From a virus, in the IMG/VR virus record IMGVR_UViG_3300009009_000011, positions 1-64,000 of that record: DNA of 64,000 bases; one strand, 5' to 3'. Shown here one piece after another: positions 57,144 through 64,000 of the stretch (the stretch's first letter is position 1; every line of letters begins with the position of its first letter). The notes beneath the pieces are model-generated. The model saw nothing but the letters and a program-made list of their open reading frames with translations. It was not told the origin of the DNA and did not search any database. A program made the translations under genes and the position numbers.

Positions 57144-58211
57144 ATGCTAACAAGAGTAAATAAGGTATTAATCGGGAAGGATATTAACCGGGATGCAGCA
57201 ATAGTTAATGGGGCTACCATTGCGACTATTATACAAACTGGAGTTCTGGCTGATGGTGAAGTAGTTGTTCTTGATAAGTATAAAAAAGTATTGGGTGCCG
57301 GCGCAACTTTTGCTGACTCCGATACCATTTATATTGCTCAAGGTACTAGTAAAACGTATGATTATACGAATGAAGCTGGTACTGCATTTGCAGCCTGTCG
57401 GGAGATGATTTTTTCTGATCCAATACAAGGTAAAAAGGTAAGGTCTTTTAAAGGGGATGCTTTTACAGTGAAAGCTGAGCAGACCGCTGTAGTAGATCTT
57501 ACAGGACTCACTCCTATAGAAGGGACTGAGTATTTGATTCGTGTTATATATAAGGATATGGAAGAGTATCCTAGTCAATTTACACAGACTTATCGTTATA
57601 TAGCAACTGCAGCTGATGCTGCTGATATTGATGTTTTTGGAGCAGCTATTGTTGCTAAAGTTAATGCTCATAGTGGTCGTAGAGTAAATGCTACATATGG
57701 TGCTGGTGGGGACACAATTACATTAACAGCTAGGGAAATCCCTAATTGTTGCACTGCACTTACAGATCTTGAGGAATTCAGGATGGTTCAATTTGAAGCT
57801 AGGTTTTTATATGTTGACTCAGACGGTAATTGGCAGATTATACCATCTACTGTTACTACAGTAACATATGCAGGCCCTACTCCAGGTTCAGGTAATTGGG
57901 AACAGGTTAGAGATCTTGAAAAAGCTGCTCAGCCGTATAGTGGTATTAGTAATTTTACACAGTTTCCTGTTATTACTCCAACCATGGCTACTACAGTGGA
58001 TTCTTATTATGATCTTATTGTTATAGAACATGATCGGGAATATTTGTCTCCTGGTATTAATAGTTATCAGTCTACAAGTCTGACTACTGTTATAGCTTTA
58101 GCTACTGCTGTTAATGGTGTAAATGCTGGTACGCAGTCTCCAGATATAGTAGCTACCTTGAATACATGGATGGCTTCATGTCCTGGTCAGTTTGCTAATA
58201 TTTCAATTTAA
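57144..58211 (+). CDS. Putative auxiliary capsid/structural protein
   Basis: 355 aa, T/A/G-rich, in the structural block. Confidence 0.6.
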   Translation: MLTRVNKVLIGKDINRDAAIVNGATIATIIQTGVLADGEVVVLDKYKKVLGAGATFADSDTIYIAQGTSKTYDYTNEAGTAFAACREMIFSDPIQGKKVRSFKGDAFTVKAEQTAVVDLTGLTPIEGTEYLIRVIYKDMEEYPSQFTQTYRYIATAADAADIDVFGAAIVAKVNAHSGRRVNATYGAGGDTITLTAREIPNCCTALTDLEEFRMVQFEARFLYVDSDGNWQIIPSTVTTVTYAGPTPGSGNWEQVRDLEKAAQPYSGISNFTQFPVITPTMATTVDSYYDLIVIEHDREYLSPGINSYQSTSLTTVIALATAVNGVNAGTQSPDIVATLNTWMASCPGQFANISI

Positions 58212-58228
58212 TTAAGGAGGATATAAAC

Positions 58229-58648
58229 ATGGCAAATGATTTTTTAATTCAGAGAGTTGCGTTTGGTAATGTTACTTATGTAAGTACCGCTACCAATGCT
58301 ACAAACAGTGTTACCGTTGATGGCGGGTATCTTCCTAAAGGTGCTATCGTTACAGGTATTAGACTTTTTCCTGGTGGTGCTATAACAAATGGCAGTAACT
58401 TTGAAAATGCTACATTTAATTTATATTGTGGTGGACAGGCTCTTGGCACAAATGATAGGAAAGCTTCCGAAGCATTCGTACAGACTGCTGCTGCAACTAT
58501 GGCCGTAGCAGGCGGTATTGCTTACGTTTCAGTAGGTGGACCGTTAGTTGTTTACTGGGCTTCTAGCACAAGTAAGAAGACTGGCATAGCTTTTGATTCA
58601 GATATATATGTAGAATATTTATATTGTGGTTCAAGAGATACCGATTAA
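58229..58648 (+). CDS. Small structural/decoration protein
   Basis: LPKGAIVTG beta-sandwich-type motif. Confidence 0.55.
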   Translation: MANDFLIQRVAFGNVTYVSTATNATNSVTVDGGYLPKGAIVTGIRLFPGGAITNGSNFENATFNLYCGGQALGTNDRKASEAFVQTAAATMAVAGGIAYVSVGGPLVVYWASSTSKKTGIAFDSDIYVEYLYCGSRDTD

Positions 58649-58680
58649 TTGAGGTAATAACATTAATGCTCGTATAGATT

Positions 58681-58720
58681 AAGTAATAGGGGGTTGGGGT
58701 AACCCATCCCCCTTACTTTT
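58681..58720 (+). terminator. Intrinsic terminator
   Basis: AGGGGGTTGGG-gtaa-CCCATCCCCCT followed by a T-tract. Confidence 0.7.
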
Positions 58721-58731
58721 AAAATAAATGT

Positions 58732-59451
58732 ATGAAAGAACCAAGAATAGTAGTTAATGAATCTGTAGGGAAACATAACTCAAATCTTGATGAGTCAATA
58801 AAAAGAATTGACAAATCTAAAATGTATAGGGATAATTCCACGATTATAGTGTGTCCTACAAGGGGTATGTTCCCCACAATGGTTGTCCAGTCTTGGATGA
58901 AATTAATGAGACCAATGAACCAAACAGTTGCTGGACCAATTTTTGCAGAGTCTATGAAAGTAGATGTAGCATATGAAAGTTTGTTTGAGTATATATTAAG
59001 CAATGAATATTTAAGTAAATTTAAATATGTACTCACAATTGAAGAAGACAATTTACCCCCGCCTGATGGTTTATTGAAACTATATGAAAGTATGGATGAA
59101 TATGACGTTGTAGGTGGTCTATATTGGGGTAAAGGTGATAATGGGTTTCCAATGATATTTGGTGATCCAAAAGATTCTACTGATTTTAAACCAGCAACAC
59201 CCGTTGCTAATTCGTTACAGCAAGCCAATGCTTTAGGTATGGGGTTTAACTTATTTAAATTAGATATGTTTAGAAAAGTACCTAAACCTTGGTTTAAGAC
59301 TGTTGAGGGTAAAGATGAAAATGGTAATATGTCTGGTATAACACAGGATGTTTATTTTTATCAAAAAGCTGCTAAAGAAGGTTATAAATTTGCATGTGAC
59401 ACTTCTATATTAGTGGGCCACTATGATAATAAAACGGATGTTGTTTATTAA
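58732..59451 (+). CDS. GT-A fold (GT2-like) glycosyltransferase
   Basis: IIVCPTRG, LTIEEDNLPP (DxD-like), GMGFNLFK, TQDVYF and VGHYD. Confidence 0.8.
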   Translation: MKEPRIVVNESVGKHNSNLDESIKRIDKSKMYRDNSTIIVCPTRGMFPTMVVQSWMKLMRPMNQTVAGPIFAESMKVDVAYESLFEYILSNEYLSKFKYVLTIEEDNLPPPDGLLKLYESMDEYDVVGGLYWGKGDNGFPMIFGDPKDSTDFKPATPVANSLQQANALGMGFNLFKLDMFRKVPKPWFKTVEGKDENGNMSGITQDVYFYQKAAKEGYKFACDTSILVGHYDNKTDVVY

Positions 59452-59463
59452 AATACAGTAGAT

Positions 59464-60054
59464 ATGATAAATGAATTAAAGCTTGATTTGGCTTGCGGGG
59501 ATAATAAAAAAGAAGGTTTTAAAGGTATAGATATAGCAAATTTGCCGGAAGTAGATTATGTAGTAGATTTGCAAGTTTATCCCTGGCCTATAGAATCTAA
59601 TAGTGTAGAAGAAATACATTGTGGTCATTATATTGAGCATATTCCTCATGTTAATATAAAAGGGGTTTTAAAAGAGTCAAATTCTTTTGAAGAGTTTAAG
59701 GAAAAGTTACTTCAGTCTAAAGACGGTCTCATAGAATTTTTTAATGAAGTATATAGAATATTAAAACCTGGTGGTAAGGCAACAATGGTTGCGCCTTATT
59801 ATACATCTGAAAGGGCTTATGGTGATCCAACCCATGTAAGATCCATAAATGATTTTATGTGTTATTATTTAACAAAAGATTGGGTTAAAGTAAATAAATT
59901 AGAACATTACGGTATAGAGTGTGATTTTGATGTTAAGTTGTCTTATTTTATAACTAATGAAATGACATTAAAATCTGAAGAAATTAGGATGAAAGCATTT
60001 CAACATGATTGGAATGTAATAATGGATATTATAATAGAATTAACAAAGAAATAG
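59464..60054 (+). CDS. Class I SAM-dependent methyltransferase
   Basis: LDLACG, HYIEHI, EVYRILKPGG and DPTH. Confidence 0.85.
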   Translation: MINELKLDLACGDNKKEGFKGIDIANLPEVDYVVDLQVYPWPIESNSVEEIHCGHYIEHIPHVNIKGVLKESNSFEEFKEKLLQSKDGLIEFFNEVYRILKPGGKATMVAPYYTSERAYGDPTHVRSINDFMCYYLTKDWVKVNKLEHYGIECDFDVKLSYFITNEMTLKSEEIRMKAFQHDWNVIMDIIIELTKK

Positions 60055-61835
60055 TGATCCCAACCTTTGGCGACATAGTAATACCAAAAGTACCTGTTAA
60101 AAAGAGGTTTGTACCTACTGAGCATGATAATGCTGCTCATAGTGAAGTGTATGTGACCTCTACTACTTATACACCTGCTACTACTACTGCATTAGGTGCT
60201 GTTATAGTTCCTGTTGCAGGTAATTTAGATGTAGATGTAAGTGGTAATATATCAGTACCGTTAGCTACTACAACTACTGTTGGTGTTGTAAAGATACCAA
60301 CTTCTGGTAATTTAACCATTGATGGTTCAGGTAATGTTAGTGTTCCTACAACTTCTGCTGGTACCCTTGGCGTATTAAAATTAGGAGTTGGTCTTACAGA
60401 TGTTGGTGGGGGTGTTATTAATGTTACAGGGGGGACTCCTGGTATACATAATTTAGTAGATACTGTTAATCATCCTGTTACGGGATTAACTATTGGTCAT
60501 TATTTAAAAGCGACTGGGGCAACTACTTATGAGTTTGCAGATTTACCATCCCCAAGTGCAATGGGGGCAATAGCTGATCCAGGCACCTCTGTTGATTATG
60601 ATATTTTAATATGGAACGGTGCAACAGGTGATGCAGTATATGGTGAAAGTAAAGTATCTATAAATCCAGGCACTGGATTATTAATGTCAGACAATGATAT
60701 AATTGCATATGGTTCTGGTGGCGGTGGTGCAGGTGGTTGGACATTTAGATATTCATTAGTATCAGATGGTTCTTTTAATGTAAACCTTGTTAATGATAGT
60801 GCTGCTCCTGGTCCGAGTAAAGTATATGGTACAGATGGGGCTGGTACAAGGGGTTGGATTACAGCTCCTACTACTATGACTTACCCAGGTGCAGGTATTG
60901 CTTTATCAACTGGTTCTGCCTGGGGTACATCAATAACTAATAATTCAGCTAATTGGAATACAGCGTATGGATGGGGTAATCATGCTTCGGCCGGTTACTA
61001 TGTTGGGACCAACTCAACAATAAGAGGTTTGTTTTCTTCTTCAGCTACAGGGCTTACCTACACAAACTCCACTGGAATATTTTCTCTTTCATCGGGTTAT
61101 GTTATCCCGACAACCACTGAGCAGAGCAACTGGAATACAGCCTATGGCTGGGGCAATCATGGTTCTGTTGGTTATGCTGTAAAAGCTACTGATGAAACAA
61201 TAACTGGTACTTGGATATTTACTGGTGCAGATGCTTATGGAGGTGGATTTTTAGCTGCTAAATTTGATGATGGTGATTTATGGTTAACAAATGGAATATG
61301 GATTAGTTTTGGTACAGATGTAGATTCTTATATTAATTGGTCTGGTGATCAATATTTTAGATTAAGTATTCAATCATATGCAGTAGACACTGCTATATTA
61401 TTTGAAGGTAAAGATGCTGGTGGTACATTACGAACATTAGCTATGTTTAAACCAAGATCAGGATGTGAATTATATTATACTGGTACTAAAAGATTTGAAA
61501 CAAATAATTATGGTGCTACTGTAGTTGGACAATTATACTTAACTGATTCAAGTTCTACTATAGAAAAAGGTTCAACTGGAGCATTAAAACAAGTAACTGC
61601 TTATGGTTATGTTGAAATTGGTGCTCAAAATTCAAGTTATTGTCATTTTGAGACAGATAGATCTGCTTATTATTTTGATCATAACTTAGTTATAAATGAG
61701 GGTATTATTTCATCTTATGATGAAGATTTTATTTTAAAACGTGCTGGCACTACTAAATTAACTTTTACTACAACATCTGCTACATTTGAACAAACAGTAT
61801 ATTCAAAAGGAGATGTAATAGCTTATTCAACTTAA
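60054..61835 (+). CDS. Tail fibre protein
   Basis: G/T/S-rich; three PxAxxxxLGxVK-type repeats; two WNTAYGWGNH repeats; DIIAY/DVIAY motifs. The track ORF starts at 60009; the GTG at 60054 is the likely start. Confidence 0.8.
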   Translation: MIPTFGDIVIPKVPVKKRFVPTEHDNAAHSEVYVTSTTYTPATTTALGAVIVPVAGNLDVDVSGNISVPLATTTTVGVVKIPTSGNLTIDGSGNVSVPTTSAGTLGVLKLGVGLTDVGGGVINVTGGTPGIHNLVDTVNHPVTGLTIGHYLKATGATTYEFADLPSPSAMGAIADPGTSVDYDILIWNGATGDAVYGESKVSINPGTGLLMSDNDIIAYGSGGGGAGGWTFRYSLVSDGSFNVNLVNDSAAPGPSKVYGTDGAGTRGWITAPTTMTYPGAGIALSTGSAWGTSITNNSANWNTAYGWGNHASAGYYVGTNSTIRGLFSSSATGLTYTNSTGIFSLSSGYVIPTTTEQSNWNTAYGWGNHGSVGYAVKATDETITGTWIFTGADAYGGGFLAAKFDDGDLWLTNGIWISFGTDVDSYINWSGDQYFRLSIQSYAVDTAILFEGKDAGGTLRTLAMFKPRSGCELYYTGTKRFETNNYGATVVGQLYLTDSSSTIEKGSTGALKQVTAYGYVEIGAQNSSYCHFETDRSAYYFDHNLVINEGIISSYDEDFILKRAGTTKLTFTTTSATFEQTVYSKGDVIAYST

Positions 61836-61838
61836 TAT

Positions 61839-62342
61839 ATGGCACTAGGAACAAAACAATCTGGTATATATAAAATAGAATCAAAACATAAAAAAGAAAG
61901 ATTTTATATAGGCAGTGCATCTAGAATTGATACTAGATGGAATTTACATTTACATGATCTTAGGTGTAATAAACATGGAAATCAAAAATTACAAAATCAT
62001 TATAATAAATATGGGGAGTCTGATTTATTGTTTTCTATATTATTAATTTGTGATAAGGAAGATTTAATTAAAATCGAGCAATATTTTATTGATTTTTATA
62101 ATCCGTGGTTTAATATATGTAAAATTGCTGGTAGTTCTTTAGGTATAAAAAGATCAGAGACTACCAAAGAAAAAGTTAGACAAGCAAATTTAGGCAAGAA
62201 ACAATCAAGAGAAACTGTCGAAAAAAGATTGAGGTCTAGAGGAGATGTTTGGAACAAAGGTTTAACTAAAGAAGATCCACGGGTTGCTAGATCTGTTAGA
62301 AATTTTCATGGAGTGAGAAAAGAATTAAGGAAAGGAAAATAA
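61839..62342 (+). mobile_element. Free-standing GIY-YIG homing endonuclease with NUMOD3 repeats
   Basis: SGIYKI...FYIGSA...RW..H, EQYFID, GIKRSETTKEK and VWNKGLT. Confidence 0.9.
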
Positions 62343-63806
62343 GTGGCATTAGGTACTTCAAATATTAGTTTAGGTTCAGTAAAATCTGAAATAGGTGAGA
62401 GTACTTATAGTCTTTTTGATATAGGTACATCTACTTTAATAAATAAATGGTCAAAGTATAAACCAATACGAGATGCTGGTGCAGGTACTAATTGGCCTAC
62501 TGGTATTAATAATTTATATGGGTTAGATTTACCTGTTTGGGATAATACAAGTGATAGATTTGAAGATGATAATGGAGATTTAAGTGATGATTGGGATTAT
62601 TTACATCCTCGTGGCGGTAGTCCTGGGGGGACTCCTGATGAACCAGCAAGGTTAGGAGATTTTAGGGGATATGAACACGATGATTCTTTAACCTGGCCAC
62701 CGATGTATTGTAAAACTGACGATCAAGATGAAAATACTCCATTAAGTCCTGCACAACCTAGTGGTGGGTTTTCGTCTTGTACTGCTACAGGAAAGTTTAA
62801 TGTTACTCCATCAAGTGTTAGAATAAAAGTTTCTGATTTAGGGTTAAGTAATTATTATTTTGGAGTTCTTGTAAAAACACCAGATAATGATTATTTTATA
62901 AAAACTAATTCAACAACAATTGGGAGTTCTAATGAAACTGTTGGTTTAGGCATTACTCCAAGTGTAACTTTAACTGATCCTACAGATCCAGAATCAACAT
63001 ATCAAAATTTACCTTATGGGGTTGGTAGTTATACTATGTATTATTGTATATCTTCTACTAATTATACTACTTGGACAGAAGATCCAACTGCAACAATTTA
63101 TTTAATGCCGTCTGGAAGTGTTACTGATTTAACATATAAAAATTATTTTACTTTTATAGTAGAAGATTGGGTTTATACAGCTGATGGAAGTTTATATTGG
63201 ACATATGATGATGATGCTTATGATGATTATGATGAGGCTACTATATATATGTCTGAAGATGCTGAACCTTTTACAGTAGATTTAGATGGAAATACTTGGT
63301 TAGAATATGATGTATATGCTTCAGATGGTACTACTAAAATAACAAGTACTCCAGCATTGTGGAGTAATGGGTGTAAATTAAGAATGTTTCCAATAAATGC
63401 AAATGGTGGACTAGTTAAAGAAGGTATTGTTTATGTAGATGGAACAAATTGTACACCATATCCTATAACAGTAACTCATCAAGCAGCTCCTGCGATAGTT
63501 ACAGTTTATGCTGGTGATTCAGATGTACTTACAGTTTCATCAACTGATGGGCATGTTATTGGTGGGTTAAATATAGAATTTACACCTCATTATGTTCCAG
63601 ATAATGATCCTCATTATGATGTTTGTTGGTATATTAAAGTTAATGATGGTGCTAAGGGTGAATATAGTTCTCTTACAACGGGATTAGCTTGTACTCAAGA
63701 TACACATGAAAACATGCAATCTATTGGTTATGGTTCATTAACTTGGAGTGATGGTGATACAGTGGATGTTTATTTATATTATGAAGAAGCACCAGCTGTA
63801 CCATAA
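62343..63806 (+). CDS. Tail/structural protein
   Basis: INKWSKYKP and PARLGDFRGY motifs typical of Bacteroidota phage fibre-associated proteins. Confidence 0.7.
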   Translation: MALGTSNISLGSVKSEIGESTYSLFDIGTSTLINKWSKYKPIRDAGAGTNWPTGINNLYGLDLPVWDNTSDRFEDDNGDLSDDWDYLHPRGGSPGGTPDEPARLGDFRGYEHDDSLTWPPMYCKTDDQDENTPLSPAQPSGGFSSCTATGKFNVTPSSVRIKVSDLGLSNYYFGVLVKTPDNDYFIKTNSTTIGSSNETVGLGITPSVTLTDPTDPESTYQNLPYGVGSYTMYYCISSTNYTTWTEDPTATIYLMPSGSVTDLTYKNYFTFIVEDWVYTADGSLYWTYDDDAYDDYDEATIYMSEDAEPFTVDLDGNTWLEYDVYASDGTTKITSTPALWSNGCKLRMFPINANGGLVKEGIVYVDGTNCTPYPITVTHQAAPAIVTVYAGDSDVLTVSSTDGHVIGGLNIEFTPHYVPDNDPHYDVCWYIKVNDGAKGEYSSLTTGLACTQDTHENMQSIGYGSLTWSDGDTVDVYLYYEEAPAVP

Positions 63807-63834
63807 ATTTTTTAACAATTAAATATAATATAAT

Positions 63835-63984
63835 ATGGAATTTTTAATGGGATTTTTAGTAGGTGTTGTTCTTACTTTAGTAGTATTATTTGCTATTAAG
63901 AAAAAGAAAGATACAAAAGTTGTTCTTGATCCTAAACAATTTACACCAGGGCCTGAAAAAAGGCACAATATACCTGAAGTTTAG
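63835..63984 (+). CDS. Small single-TM protein (49 aa, not in ORF track)
   Basis: MEFLMGFLVGVVLTLVVLFAIKKKK. Confidence 0.5.
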   Translation: MEFLMGFLVGVVLTLVVLFAIKKKKDTKVVLDPKQFTPGPEKRHNIPEV

Positions 63985-64000
63985 GTTTAGGTAAAAAATA

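Noticed and set aside
2807-59228. Numerous antisense ORFs in the track (e.g. 2856-3683 +, 26345-26827 +, 52506-53021 -, 58719-59228 -)
   Set aside because: They are shadows of real genes on the opposite strand, with S/F/L/I-biased composition and no motifs.
60054-63806. Diversity-generating retroelement acting on the tail fibres
   Set aside because: No reverse transcriptase and no adenine-specific template/variable repeat pair; the fibre repeat differs at synonymous positions.
1-64000. Stop-codon reassignment (TAG or TGA), as in some Crassvirales
   Set aside because: TerL, portal, MCP, PolB and NrdJ are full-length in code 11, genes end in TAA, TAG and TGA, and no suppressor tRNA is seen.

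Overview
This is about 64 kb of an AT-rich crAss-like (Crassvirales-type) Bacteroidota phage genome that reads in the standard genetic code. It has four blocks. (i) 1-2.7 kb, + strand: the 3' end of a giant virion-cargo-type gene. (ii) 2.8-19 kb, - strand: a replication module with PolB, DnaB, primase, SSB, Sak4-like ATPase, PD-(D/E)XK nucleases and a metallophosphoesterase. (iii) 19-38.3 kb, - strand: an early/accessory region with many small ORFs, an ECF sigma factor, a divergent acyl-CoA-synthetase-like gene, tRNA-Leu(UAA) and several long ORF-free, hairpin-rich stretches. (iv) 38.6-64 kb, + strand: a GroES-like gene, nucleotide-metabolism genes including NrdJ, then TerL, portal, scaffold, major capsid and ring proteins, a glycosyltransferase plus methyltransferase pair, tail fibres and a GIY-YIG endonuclease. 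Four observations stand out. (1) A 1.75-kb ORF-free region (21494-23258) looks like a giant, modular structured ncRNA on the - strand, with GNRA and T-loop-like hairpins, repeated modules and a long-range pseudoknot. (2) The phage ECF sigma factor has a matching promoter motif, TG(T/C/A)AAC-N16-CGTATAA, found 5 times in front of the replication and right-arm operons. (3) A homing endonuclease has taken over, and synonymously duplicated, the MALGT start of a tail gene. (4) PolB has a non-canonical motif B (NAAIG). All assignments come from reading motifs by eye; no searches or folding programs were run.
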